Of a stretch of 64,000 bases of DNA, positions 27,470-37,902 are shown in pieces. The notes below the pieces were generated by a model. That model did not search any database, had not been told where the DNA came from, and worked only from the letters and a program-made list of their open reading frames with translations. The translations under genes and the position numbers were made by a program. The stretch's first letter is position 1; the number at the start of each line of letters is the position of its first letter. The DNA lies in the NCBI GenBank assembly GCA_964651475.1, contig CAZYXV010000019.1, forward strand, positions 11,837 to 75,836, read 5' to 3'. The stretch comes from an uncultured Anaerolineae bacterium. Lineage in GTDB: Bacteria; Chloroflexota; Anaerolineae; Fen-1058.

Positions 27470-29617
27470 ATGAAACACCTGAGCCAATTCATTCTAATTT
27501 TGCTTGTCGCTTTGACGTTAGCCGGCTGCGGCGGGCCGCCGCCCACTCCCACCTCTACGCCCACCGCCCCCCCGCCGCCCACTCTCACACCCTCGCCCAC
27601 GCCGCTGCCCCGCCCGGAAAATACGGTGGGACAATTTTTTTCGGCGTGGCAATTGAGCGATTACACCACCATGTACCGGCTGCTTTCGCTCGACGCGCGG
27701 CAGGCCGTTTCCGAAGCCAGTTTTACCGAGCAATATCGCCAGGCGCAAAGCGCGGCCACCGTTACCGAGATTCGCACCACGCTGCGCTCTACGCTCCAGC
27801 GCGAGCGCACGGCCAACGCGGGCTTTGTGGTCGAATGGGACACGGCGCTGGTAGGCACGCTGCGCGCCGAGAGCACAATGACGCTGACTTTTTCCGGCGG
27901 GCAATGGAACATTGACTGGACGCCGGATTTGATCTGGCCGGGGTTGGACGGCGGCAACCTCATGCAAATGACGTGGAGCATTCCGCGCCGGGCAAACATT
28001 TACGACCGCGACGGGCGCGGGCTGGCCATTGAAGGCAAGCGCGTAATCGTGGGCATCATCCCCGGCGAGATGGCCGACGAAGAGACGACGCTGGCCACAC
28101 TGGGTACGATTGTGGGCGTCTCGCCCGAAGAACTCAAGGCGCGCTATAGCGGCTCGCAGCCCAACTGGTTCGTGCCGGTCGCCGAAATTTCCGGCGAGGT
28201 GAGCACGGCCAACTATCCCACGCTCAGCGCCTTGCCGGGCGTCAGTCTGCGCGAAAAGAACGTGCGCGTCTATCGCCCCGACGGGCTGGCGGCGCACACC
28301 ATCGGCTACGTGGGCGTGATCCCACAGGCGGGGGCAGATATTTACCGCGCGCGGGGCTACCGGGGCGACGAATGGGTGGGATTGACCGGCCTGGAGCAAT
28401 GGGGCGAGCCATATCTGGCCGGCGCGCACGGCGGGCAGTTGGACATTATCACGCCGCAAGGCCAGGTGGTGACGACGTTAGTGCAGCGCCAGCCGGTGCT
28501 TTCCCGGCCCATCTACACCACGCTCAAACGCGATTTCCAGGAAAAGGTCGAAGACATCTTGGGCGAGCGGCACGGCGTGATTATCGCCATGGACCCCAAC
28601 AACGGCCAGATTTTGGCCATCGCCAGCCATCCCGGCTTTGACCCCAACGAAATCGTCAGCCCGTCCACGGTCGAGGTCGCGCAGCCGCTCACACCCACCG
28701 AAAAATCCTATGTCAACCGCGCCACGCTGGGGCACTATCACCCCGGCTCGACCTTCAAGCCGATTGTGATGGCGGCCGCGTTGGAATCGGGACTGTTCAC
28801 GCCGCTATCTATTTTTAACGATCCCGGCTTTTGGGACGGGCTTGGGCCGGGTTTTCGCAAATACTGCTGGCTGAGGGAAGGGCACGGGACGATTGACCTG
28901 GTGACGGCGCTTTCGGCCTCGTGCAATGTGACGTTTTACCAGGTGGGTTATGCCATCAACGACAAGGATATCAATATCCTGCCGGAATTTGCCCGGCAAT
29001 TTGGACTGGGCAAACCCACCGGCATTGACGTTTTGGACGAAAACTCGGGCGTGATTCCCGATATCAATTGGAAAAAAGAAACGCGCGGCGAGCCGTGGTA
29101 CGCCGGCGACGCGGTGAACATGAGCATCGGTCAGGGCGACGTGGACGTGACGCCGCTGCAAATGGCCGTGATGTACAGCGCGATTGCCAACGGCGGCACA
29201 CTGTACAAGCCGCAACTGGCGCTCAAAATCGGCAGCCCGGACATGGGGCCGGAAGAAATCGTCCAGCCCCAGGTCACCGGCCAGTTGCCGGTCAGCGCGG
29301 AAAACCTGGCGGCGATACGGCAAGGACTGCGCTGGGTGGTGGCGGGGGCGCGCGGCACGGCGCGGCACATTTTTATCGGCATGCCGGTGGCGGTGGCCGG
29401 CAAGACCGGCACCGCCGAAACGGCCACCGAAAAGCCGGACGCCTGGTTCGCGGCGTATGCGCCTTCGGACGCGCCCGAGCTGACGGTGGTGGTGCTGATC
29501 GAAAACTCGGGGCAGGGCAGCGGGGTGGCCGCGCCGATTGCGCGCCAGGTATTCGAAGCTTACTACGGCTACGCCCTCACGCCGCTGCCGCCTATAGTAG
29601 AAGAGCCGGGCGATTGA
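27470..29617 (+). CDS. Penicillin-binding protein 2-like D,D-transpeptidase lipoprotein with NTF2-like N-terminal domain
   Basis: Lipoprotein signal MKHLSQFILILLVALTLAGC; transpeptidase motifs STFK (SxxK), SCN (SxN), KTGT. Confidence 0.8.
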   Translation: MKHLSQFILILLVALTLAGCGGPPPTPTSTPTAPPPPTLTPSPTPLPRPENTVGQFFSAWQLSDYTTMYRLLSLDARQAVSEASFTEQYRQAQSAATVTEIRTTLRSTLQRERTANAGFVVEWDTALVGTLRAESTMTLTFSGGQWNIDWTPDLIWPGLDGGNLMQMTWSIPRRANIYDRDGRGLAIEGKRVIVGIIPGEMADEETTLATLGTIVGVSPEELKARYSGSQPNWFVPVAEISGEVSTANYPTLSALPGVSLREKNVRVYRPDGLAAHTIGYVGVIPQAGADIYRARGYRGDEWVGLTGLEQWGEPYLAGAHGGQLDIITPQGQVVTTLVQRQPVLSRPIYTTLKRDFQEKVEDILGERHGVIIAMDPNNGQILAIASHPGFDPNEIVSPSTVEVAQPLTPTEKSYVNRATLGHYHPGSTFKPIVMAAALESGLFTPLSIFNDPGFWDGLGPGFRKYCWLREGHGTIDLVTALSASCNVTFYQVGYAINDKDINILPEFARQFGLGKPTGIDVLDENSGVIPDINWKKETRGEPWYAGDAVNMSIGQGDVDVTPLQMAVMYSAIANGGTLYKPQLALKIGSPDMGPEEIVQPQVTGQLPVSAENLAAIRQGLRWVVAGARGTARHIFIGMPVAVAGKTGTAETATEKPDAWFAAYAPSDAPELTVVVLIENSGQGSGVAAPIARQVFEAYYGYALTPLPPIVEEPGD

Positions 29618-29624
29618 GCACTGG

Positions 29625-29702
29625 TGACTTTCCGCTGCACTGACACGGACTTTGCACTGGCGACGGTTTTCCATTGCACTACTATGACTTTACGCTGCAC
29701 TG
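29625..29702. repeat. 18-bp direct repeats TGACTTT(C/A)CGCTGCACTG (29625-29642, 29685-29702) with a partial copy between, at the left boundary of the low-GC island
   Basis: Seen in sequence directly after the PBP2 stop; 17/18 identical. Confidence 0.4.
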
Positions 29703-30238
29703 GGTGGGGGTGGACGCGTAAAAGCGGTAACGCGACAACGGCGGGAACGCTATAAAAAATACAACGGCTCGCCCGCCACCCGCAGGCCAGCCGCTAAAAA
29801 CCAATATTCAGTTGTAGTATGCTCGCTGGCGTTTATGGGGAGAGCTTACTCTCCGCTGTGAGCGCCGCTCTATGGCCGCTCCTATACCCTATTATTTGCC
29901 AGACGATGTGTGAGGGTAATTTATTCATTATTGGTCAGTAGACACCTCCCAAGGCCCCTAACGACAAGACTAGACCAGTAAAATCTTGCTTTTCACCTCC
30001 CTTCTGCCTTATATCTGATATTAGCTTACCACATCCTGTGGCTGATGCGCTTGCACATTTCTCAGGGGTGGCTTAACTCAATCTTGTCCACATCTCACAG
30101 CAAACTCACAGGTTGAAAAACGGATAAACGGGTTGCACATTCTGCCAGTAGTTGTGATACAATTACATCTGGGTGATTTTCTCATTTATCTATCGCTATC
30201 CCTGTGGCTCGCTCACAAATATGAAACGAAAATAGACC

Positions 30239-31756
30239 GTGACACGAGAGCGCAAAACTCGATTGAATCCTAAAGATGTCCCGCCATTAGGGCTGTCTGC
30301 GTTCGAAAGCCTGCGTGCTGAAGACGAACCCTGGCTAGCCGAACGTGCTTACATTTTGCCGCCAGAGTTCGAACTTATGGCCGGGGCGCGCTCGATCATA
30401 GTCTATGGGCAGCCTGGTTCCGGGAAAACAGCGTTGCGCCGTGCGCTGGAATATCGCGCCCTGTCCTTGATTCCAGCTCGGCTAATCGTGCATTGGCGAC
30501 CGACCCTGCCTGCCGATGCGCTCACCACCGGGACCCTGGCTGCCCGGACGCAACTTGCACAAGCTATGGATGCGTGTGCAATTGCATTACTCAAACATCT
30601 GGCTGATTCCCCTGCGGCTTACGGCCAGGCGCCTGACTGGGCGCAGCAAACATTGACGTGGTTTATTCACCGTTATAGCAATGATTTGCCAGGACAAATT
30701 ACTTTTTTATCGGATAGAGCCAGAGGATCAAGTCAAGCCCTCGTTCGCCAGTTGGCGACACGCCCTAATCGCGAGATTTTGGCAGCGGACGCTCCGCTGG
30801 ATGCTGTTGTGGCACGTTTGACAGAGGCGCTGGGGACAATCGGGCTTGAAGGGATATGGGTGATGGCCGATAGCGTCGAAGGTTTGACCGAAATCGAGCC
30901 GGAGCGCTTAGCGTCCGCGCTAACCGCTTTTCTGTCCTGTCTGGCTTATTTCGAGCAATCGCCGCTTTTTTACAAGCTAACCTTGCCCATCGCGCTTCAA
31001 TCGCGCCTGAACACTTCGAGCAGCATCGTTCGCGGGCGCGTCTTTCTTCATCAGCTTGCATGGACAGCCGATCACCTGAAGCAAATTGTGGAACGACGAT
31101 TGGCTTTGGTAACAGGCAAAGATGATTTCAAACTTGGCGATATTTATTCTCCTTCCCCCTCCAAGCGCCAATCCGCACAAATAACAAAACGCCCCAAACG
31201 GCCCAAGATTAACCCGGTTCAGGCCTGGTTAGCCGGCTGCGGCGGCGCTGTGCCGCGTGGTTGGTTAAACTATGCCAGCCCACTTGCATCAGCCTGCCTT
31301 CAACTCAGGGCGCAACAACAAATTCGTTCCCTCACCTGCCAGGAATGGTTAGAGGCGCGCGGTCGCGTGCCATTGATGCTTTCGCTTGATCAACAAACAG
31401 GCCTGGTGCATATTGGCTGGCGTACAATTGACCGGCTTTCCCCTCTCGAACAGTCTGTGTTGCAATACCTGATGGCTAACCATGGCCGCATCTGCACCAA
31501 AGAAGAGCTGTACGAAAATGCGTACCTGGCCAGTGAGCAGGCCGGCCTGAAAGCGAGTCAGCTCTCAGAAACACAGCCCAAACTGCCGGAACGACCAAGC
31601 CTCAAGAGCAAAGGCGGTTATAATAGCGTAATTGATACAGTGCTATGGCGATTGCGCGAGGCCATCGAGCCGGATATGGACAATCCCGTTTTCCTGCTAA
31701 CCAGCAAGGGGCAAGGCGTTGTGTTGCATCCGCAGCCCTTTGTAAAGGACGTGTGA
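30239..31756 (+). CDS. P-loop NTPase fused to a C-terminal OmpR/PhoB-type winged-helix DNA-binding domain (putative ATP-dependent transcriptional regulator)
   Basis: Walker A GQPGSGKTA, Walker B IWVMADSVEG; C-term ...SVLQYLMANHGRICTKEELYENAY...VIDTVLWRLREAIEPDMDNPVFLLTSKGQGVVL matches the Trans_reg_C pattern; GTG start. Confidence 0.55.
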   Translation: MTRERKTRLNPKDVPPLGLSAFESLRAEDEPWLAERAYILPPEFELMAGARSIIVYGQPGSGKTALRRALEYRALSLIPARLIVHWRPTLPADALTTGTLAARTQLAQAMDACAIALLKHLADSPAAYGQAPDWAQQTLTWFIHRYSNDLPGQITFLSDRARGSSQALVRQLATRPNREILAADAPLDAVVARLTEALGTIGLEGIWVMADSVEGLTEIEPERLASALTAFLSCLAYFEQSPLFYKLTLPIALQSRLNTSSSIVRGRVFLHQLAWTADHLKQIVERRLALVTGKDDFKLGDIYSPSPSKRQSAQITKRPKRPKINPVQAWLAGCGGAVPRGWLNYASPLASACLQLRAQQQIRSLTCQEWLEARGRVPLMLSLDQQTGLVHIGWRTIDRLSPLEQSVLQYLMANHGRICTKEELYENAYLASEQAGLKASQLSETQPKLPERPSLKSKGGYNSVIDTVLWRLREAIEPDMDNPVFLLTSKGQGVVLHPQPFVKDV

Positions 31757-31918
31757 GGTTGCTGAGAGATTGCAGCAAGATTACAACAAGATTACAGTTG
31801 TAAATCAATGGGGAAAACGAGTGTATTATACAAGTACACCTCCTTTTATCGGGGTTAAACGTCATGACGATCAAACAAGCACATCTAGACTGTTGACCAT
31901 GGGGAAAGAGTGTATTGA

Positions 31919-33136
31919 ATGTTGGCTGGCAAGGAGCAGTATGAACAGGAACTGGAACCCCTTTTTTATACGTGGCTGAAAACAGTTGGGCTTGACTTTA
32001 ACCCCTTTGCCATTCTGGATGCCGGCCAGGATCCCGATATTCCTGCTTATCTCGTTGGTCACACCGACTTTGAAAAACTGTGGGGTGATTGGCCGGCGTT
32101 TATATTTGCGCCGGCTGGCGGCGGCAAGACGGCTTTTCGCGTCCGGCTGGCGCGCGCTTGCCGGGTGGGTGAAGATGGCCGGCGGGTGTTCCCCATTGTT
32201 TATCATCGCTTGCCAGCGCCCGGCGAAATTGCCGAGGAGCATGGGCAGGCCATTCACCTAAAAAACATTGCCCGGCAAGCCGCCCAGGAACTCTTGTTTT
32301 GGCTGGCGTATCACCCCCTAAAATTGACCGAATTAGATAATGCCGCACTTGCCGCCATACGCCTCGTTTTCGACGCACATCTACCTTCACAACTCGATGA
32401 TTACCTGGATCGCCTGCGCTACTTTGGCGACCTGTCTCCCCTGGCGCACGAATTTGACCGCACGACCAGCTATCTCATCAACCCTCCCGGCCCTCAAGAT
32501 GTGCGACTATTTTGCGAACGCATGGCCCAGAGCCTGCCGAAAACTGCGTCCGGATTATTCCACGGTCAACAATTTGAACATCTAATCAACCTTCTCCTGA
32601 ATCAATTACATTTCGACGCGATTTATCTTTTGATTGACGGAGTAGATGCCTACCCGGAAACCGCTTCTGATTCCAAAGCCGCCTTGCCCATCCTCGATTG
32701 GCTGCTACGTCAAACACCGCAGTGGGCCGGCCAACACATCTTTGCCAAGTTTTTCTTGCCCGCCGAACTTGAAAATCCACTTCAACAACAAATGCCCACC
32801 CTATTGACAACGCCTTCAAAAGTTGCTATTATAGAATGGTCAGTTGCAACGTTAGTAGAGGTTATCCAAAGGCGGTTGAGCGTCGCCAGCCAGGGAATGT
32901 ATGATAGCCTGGATGCTCTCAGCAGCCCAGGTTTGCGCGGCGCAGAAAAGAAACTGGCGCGCACCGTCTGGCCGCGCGTCCCGCGCCAGATGTTAATCTT
33001 GACCGAACGATTGCTGGTCGAACACGTCCAACGCGCCGGCCCGCACGGCAAGCTTGAACCTCAAGATTTGGAACTGGCTTGCAACTGGTACGCCGGACAA
33101 AAAAAAGCCACCTTGCCGCTCGCAAGCTCTCCCTAG
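31919..33136 (+). CDS. P-loop NTPase, paralog of the upstream gene but without a DNA-binding domain
   Basis: Walker A APAGGGKTA, Walker B IYLLIDGVDA; N-terminal ...GLDFNPFAILDAGQD; collinear similarity to 30239..31756 through the NTPase core. Confidence 0.45.
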   Translation: MLAGKEQYEQELEPLFYTWLKTVGLDFNPFAILDAGQDPDIPAYLVGHTDFEKLWGDWPAFIFAPAGGGKTAFRVRLARACRVGEDGRRVFPIVYHRLPAPGEIAEEHGQAIHLKNIARQAAQELLFWLAYHPLKLTELDNAALAAIRLVFDAHLPSQLDDYLDRLRYFGDLSPLAHEFDRTTSYLINPPGPQDVRLFCERMAQSLPKTASGLFHGQQFEHLINLLLNQLHFDAIYLLIDGVDAYPETASDSKAALPILDWLLRQTPQWAGQHIFAKFFLPAELENPLQQQMPTLLTTPSKVAIIEWSVATLVEVIQRRLSVASQGMYDSLDALSSPGLRGAEKKLARTVWPRVPRQMLILTERLLVEHVQRAGPHGKLEPQDLELACNWYAGQKKATLPLASSP

Positions 33137-33297
33137 GCATATTGCGCCGCGGGTGAGTGCGGCGCAGTGGCCTCCATAACGATGCAGACGCCGGAGGTAA
33201 CAAGGTGATCAATGACGGGACATGACGATGTTTTATCGGTTATGTCCCGCTGCGTTTATCACGCTCTGCCAGTCTCTATGGGGAGAGGAATAAGAAC

Positions 33298-34725
33298 ATG
33301 ACCATTCAATCTGATTGGCTCTTTTACACCCGTGACAAGTTTGTAAACCGCACCAACGAAATAACATTAGTGACTGAAAAAGCGCAGAGGCTAACGGCCG
33401 GCCTCCCTGTAGACAAGCGCCTGGTGGTTTTCCGTGGCGCATGCCGATCGGGCAAGAGTTGGCTATTGCGCGAGATTGAGCGCCAGCTAAAAGAGCATTT
33501 GCCAACTATTCCAGTGATTTATCTGGACATGGTGCAGGTGAGTATTGAGGCGTTCCAGGTTGCTTCAAGAAACCCATCAAGATATATAGACCAGGCAAGC
33601 TTGCACCAAATAGTCGCGACCAGTTTTGATACAAGTGAACTATTCGATCTTTGCCATAGGTTGGGCGTAGAACATGAAGATCTGCACGAAAATGATAAAG
33701 TTTGGGGGTTGATCAATTACCTTGATCGCCGTGACCGCCTTACCGAGTTAGTAAGGGTGTGCTATCAATTGAGGCCCAATATCCTTGGATGGAATGCGTT
33801 TGAAGAGATATCAAAGGCCTCTGACGTCATGCAAGTCATCATTTGGCAGGTGGGAGAGCTTGTTGGCTTTCAGACTTACAAGGGCGCGAAATGGGGCGCG
33901 CTCATTGACGCTTTTCTCGGCAGTATACGCAAGGCAGGGGGTTTAATCCTTTTGCTTGATCATCTGGATGAGTTGTCACGTAATGCACAGGAGACCTTGG
34001 AAAATCGCTTCCTATCACCACTCGCTGTGCTGCCGGGAACCTTAATTATCTCTGGCAAACGCCTTACAGAACGCCCCTGGATAATGCCAGAGCTGCACCT
34101 CAAATCCAGAGAATATGATCTGCACAGCTTTGATTTGCCCACCACACAGGAGCAACTCCAAAAACAGATTCCTGGGCGTGAGCTAGCCGCCGACGAGGTC
34201 CAGCCATTGAGCGCCGGCTATCCTGGGTTAAATTATATTTTGGGCATGAATTGGGGCAACCGAGCCAGAGCGATAGAGCAATGTGCTCAGATCTTGATCG
34301 GAAACGAGGTTGAAGATTTGCGCCCCTACCTGGAAGCTCTGTGCGTGTTGCGCTCGTTCCACGAATCAGCTATGCCGGCCATGTTCACTGCGCGTCTGAA
34401 TGGGCCATTAACTGAATATAGTGTCCCCATTTGTCGAGATATTCGGGAAAGATTGACTCAAGCAAGGTTAGCCAGGTGGGACAAAGCAAAAGGCAATTTT
34501 AACGTGGATCCGGCGGTCAAAGCGGCGCTTGAAAACACTTTGCGCGAGAACAATTTTGCCTTGTGGATCGTATTACATTGCGCCGCTCATTGCTTGTACA
34601 ACAATTGGGCGACTCGCTACTCTCATAACTCAGAGTGGCAGATTGAAGCAGCTTATCACGCTGATTGTTTGCGAGCAGCAGGTTACAATCCCAATCAGTG
34701 CGACTGTCAGGAGGAAAAATCATGA
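33298..34725 (+). CDS. STAND/AAA_16-like P-loop NTPase
   Basis: RBS GGAGAGGAATAAGAAC-ATG; FVNRTNEI...VVFRGACRSGKSWLLREI (the F-x-x-R...GxxGxGKS pattern of STAND N-termini), Walker B LILLLDHLDEL. Confidence 0.5.
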   Translation: MTIQSDWLFYTRDKFVNRTNEITLVTEKAQRLTAGLPVDKRLVVFRGACRSGKSWLLREIERQLKEHLPTIPVIYLDMVQVSIEAFQVASRNPSRYIDQASLHQIVATSFDTSELFDLCHRLGVEHEDLHENDKVWGLINYLDRRDRLTELVRVCYQLRPNILGWNAFEEISKASDVMQVIIWQVGELVGFQTYKGAKWGALIDAFLGSIRKAGGLILLLDHLDELSRNAQETLENRFLSPLAVLPGTLIISGKRLTERPWIMPELHLKSREYDLHSFDLPTTQEQLQKQIPGRELAADEVQPLSAGYPGLNYILGMNWGNRARAIEQCAQILIGNEVEDLRPYLEALCVLRSFHESAMPAMFTARLNGPLTEYSVPICRDIRERLTQARLARWDKAKGNFNVDPAVKAALENTLRENNFALWIVLHCAAHCLYNNWATRYSHNSEWQIEAAYHADCLRAAGYNPNQCDCQEEKS

Positions 34726-37700
34726 GCCCACAGCTTGCTATAGAATACCTCGGCGCGCGCGCCACGCCAGAACTGGTCAACCGGAAACAAATTCTAAATA
34801 CAATCCAGATGACACTGGATAGTGCCGAGTGCCGGGTCGTCTACATCACTGGCAAAGGAGGCATGGGCAAGACACGCCTGCTGCGTGACATCCTGCAACG
34901 ATGCGCGCCTGGAGGCGAATGGTTCCGCCCGGGACTTCTTTCAATGTGGGATGTGCTCGACCTTTATCATACCCACACCCACGTTCAAGACGGATTCGCT
35001 CAAAGCATCTTGGATGCCTTGAGCGAAAGAGCGGCGCAAACCCACGACGCGCAGTCGCTCAAAAAATGTAGGGTTGCATTTGGCAAGTATCAAGAGGCCT
35101 ACAATCATTTTGAGAAAAGTAAATATCACCTGGCCGGTATGCTCAAAGAATTGTCAGAATTGCGTGACCAGGTGGCGCAAGAATTTGTCAACGCCCTCAA
35201 TGCCCTGGCGCAGTCTTATCACCTTGTCCTGGCAATTGACACAGCCGAAAAACTTTTCTACGAAACAGACGAGATCCAACAAGCCATCGAGTTAGGTGAA
35301 GAAGGCATTGCTGTCCTCTCCTGGCTATTGAAGAAGGTGCTGCCAGTTTTACGTAATGCGACGATACTTGTGGCTGGCCGCCCTGACCCCGAGAGCGGGC
35401 ACAAGCGACTGCGGAAGGATCTAAAAGCCGCCTTGCGCGACTGCTTGATTGAGCGCAACCTGGATAGATTTGAACTAGAGGATACCCAGGACTATTTCCG
35501 AGCCGCGGCCAGGGCTGTCGAACAAGAAGGCCAAGCTGAAGAGGCAAAACGCATTGAGGGTATTCCGCCTGAAACACAAACCGTCATCTGGCGTTATACA
35601 GGCGGGCGGCCGATTCGGCTCGCGCTGATGATTGACTATCTGCTCGAATCTCAGGATCTGCTCCCGCAAGTCAAAGACCCACCCGAAATCGCCTACAAAC
35701 GAACGGATGGTGAATTGGCCACCATTCAACAGGATATTGAACAAGACCTGGTGCGCTTTTGGGAAGAAACACGGCGAGCGACCAATCTGGCTATTATCAC
35801 GTTGGCGTGGGCGCGCAAGGGAATGGACGCTGAATTGCTGGCGCGCGCAGCCGATCTCAAACGAGACGAAATGTGGGATATTGAAAAAGCGCAGCAACTC
35901 TTGGATGCAATCAGGGGGCTCTCTTTTGTCAAAACCCGTTCCTTTGACGGGCGCTTTTTTCTGCACGACGAAATGTACGATTTGCTCGACCGTTACGTTT
36001 TGGCGCGCGTCCCAGAAATCGAACGTGAACGGGTGCACGCAGCCATTCTTAAATATTATGAAGAGCGAGTAGGCCGGGCCAGAAAAAGGGTGTTTGATTT
36101 AGGGCAGCCCCATCTTGAAAAAATGCCAGAGTGGGAGAGAGTGCCCTTGGGCGTGCCCAAACCACCCGACGATCCCAGGGCGTTGGCTGCTGCCATGACC
36201 GAACTGTACAATCTAATGGCCGAAGAGGTCCATTATCGCCTGCGCCACAACTCGCAATATGGCTATCAGGTTTACTATCATTATGCCCAAGAGGCTCACT
36301 GGGCTAGCGAAGACACTCTGGACCTGCTGCTACGTAGTGAGATACTGGATTTTCTAACTATCCTTGGAGCCAAAGAACGTATTGAGGGGTTGCGCTACAG
36401 CGAACCACTCATTGATACTGGATTACGTTGGGTGACTCGCAACACTCGGCGCAGAGCATATGCAACAGCAGTGAGCATCGCCGAACGGTTGCGGACAAAA
36501 TGCGAGAGCATTTTGGACGATGTGGGAGCATTGGCATGGGCGCGGCTGGATTCACAGCAAGGCGAAGCCATGACTTATCAGGGTATTGAACTGGAACGCG
36601 CCAAGGAGCTTTTGACATCTGCCGTGAGCAATCTGCAGACATTGGGAGCTTTATCAGGTTTTGAAGGATGGCAGCGCGATGTGTTGCTGGCAGAGGCTTT
36701 TAACAATTTGGGGTATTTGTACCGCACCCGGGGGCAGTTTCAAGATGCGATTGATACCTATGAAAAAGCCATCCCGCTCTGGCGCAAACTGGGTGAACGG
36801 GAGCCAGCCACCGAAAAGAAAGGTGTCTCGGACGCTCAGCACGCCAACACGCTCAACAACCTAGCCTGGGCCTGCGCCGAAGTGGGCGAATTCAGCAAAG
36901 CTGAGCGATATTGTCTCGATGCATTGCACAAGCGCCAACAACTTGGGCCGCTGGCCCCAGTTGCCTTTAGCTTGAACACACTGGGACTCATTTTGATGCG
37001 CGACGACAAGCCGCACCGGGCCAAAGTACATTGTGAGCGCGCACTGGGTATCTTTCGCGACCTGGGGCAACCGCGCGGCGTTGGGTTGGCGTGTATTGCG
37101 TTGGCCGAAGTGTATCGCCGCATGAGCGATGTGCCTGATCTGTACGCTCCTGAAGAAAGCGCCGACTTGTTGAAACAGGCCGCCCGCCACGCCCAGGAGG
37201 CCGTTGAGATTTTTGATAAATCGGTGCCCGAACGCCCCAGAAAAATTGAGGCGCTGCTTGAACTGGGCTGCGTGTATCGCCAATGGGCTTGGTTGCGGCC
37301 TAGCTACACATCAGTGACCGATAATGCTCCCCACGTCCTGGCCCAGAACAGCGAAGAGGCGCTAAGACAAGCCATCCAGGTAGCTGGAGAGGATTTGTTG
37401 CATCGCGGTGTGGATGCCCATGTTAACCTGGCTTGGCTATATTACTATGTAAGAGACAATGAAAAAGCGCGCGCTGAAGCGGAGACCGTCATCCAACGCA
37501 TTGACCAACGTTATCATATCACATCGAATGGCTGGCCAGATCAATCGCTCCCCCAGGCATTTTTCTGGGTGCAACTTGGCAAGGCGTGCTTGCTGCTTGG
37601 GCAAATCGCTTTCCGAGAATTTCAGCGCAGCCAGGGGCCGGCGCATTTGGAAAAAGCCGCCAGATATTATACTCTTGCATTAGCATATAACGAATTATTT

Positions 37701-37901
37701 GCTCCTGATTTTCGAGACGTTCGCCGAGGGCAGGATCGCATTTACGATCGCTTGAAGGGGCTAAATACCCAAGAATTTCAGGCTGTCTATCAAGGTATCC
37801 GGCAGGCTATTTATGAATATTCTCTACCCACGCCAACCCGTATGCAGCAATTTCTCAAAGACTTTGGATTACCCGAAATGCCCGGCGAAGAGGTCGGATG
37901 A
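34722..37901 (+). CDS. NB-ARC-type STAND NTPase with C-terminal TPR repeat array (signal-transduction ATPase; no recognisable effector domain)
   Basis: ATGA start/stop overlap with the upstream gene; VVYITGKGGMGKTRLLRDIL Walker A, HLVLAIDTAEKL Walker B; multiple TPR-like repeats (NNLGYLYRTRGQFQDAIDTYEKAI, LNNLAWACAEVGEFSKAERYCLDAL, ...). Confidence 0.6.
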   Translation: MSPQLAIEYLGARATPELVNRKQILNTIQMTLDSAECRVVYITGKGGMGKTRLLRDILQRCAPGGEWFRPGLLSMWDVLDLYHTHTHVQDGFAQSILDALSERAAQTHDAQSLKKCRVAFGKYQEAYNHFEKSKYHLAGMLKELSELRDQVAQEFVNALNALAQSYHLVLAIDTAEKLFYETDEIQQAIELGEEGIAVLSWLLKKVLPVLRNATILVAGRPDPESGHKRLRKDLKAALRDCLIERNLDRFELEDTQDYFRAAARAVEQEGQAEEAKRIEGIPPETQTVIWRYTGGRPIRLALMIDYLLESQDLLPQVKDPPEIAYKRTDGELATIQQDIEQDLVRFWEETRRATNLAIITLAWARKGMDAELLARAADLKRDEMWDIEKAQQLLDAIRGLSFVKTRSFDGRFFLHDEMYDLLDRYVLARVPEIERERVHAAILKYYEERVGRARKRVFDLGQPHLEKMPEWERVPLGVPKPPDDPRALAAAMTELYNLMAEEVHYRLRHNSQYGYQVYYHYAQEAHWASEDTLDLLLRSEILDFLTILGAKERIEGLRYSEPLIDTGLRWVTRNTRRRAYATAVSIAERLRTKCESILDDVGALAWARLDSQQGEAMTYQGIELERAKELLTSAVSNLQTLGALSGFEGWQRDVLLAEAFNNLGYLYRTRGQFQDAIDTYEKAIPLWRKLGEREPATEKKGVSDAQHANTLNNLAWACAEVGEFSKAERYCLDALHKRQQLGPLAPVAFSLNTLGLILMRDDKPHRAKVHCERALGIFRDLGQPRGVGLACIALAEVYRRMSDVPDLYAPEESADLLKQAARHAQEAVEIFDKSVPERPRKIEALLELGCVYRQWAWLRPSYTSVTDNAPHVLAQNSEEALRQAIQVAGEDLLHRGVDAHVNLAWLYYYVRDNEKARAEAETVIQRIDQRYHITSNGWPDQSLPQAFFWVQLGKACLLLGQIAFREFQRSQGPAHLEKAARYYTLALAYNELFAPDFRDVRRGQDRIYDRLKGLNTQEFQAVYQGIRQAIYEYSLPTPTRMQQFLKDFGLPEMPGEEVG

Positions 37902-37902
37902 A

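Noticed and set aside
29620-30238. Search for a tRNA/tmRNA or integrase at the island boundaries
   Set aside because: No cloverleaf-compatible sequence (no GTTCGAATCC-type T-arm followed by CCA) and no integrase/recombinase ORF were found; the island's mobility therefore remains unproven.
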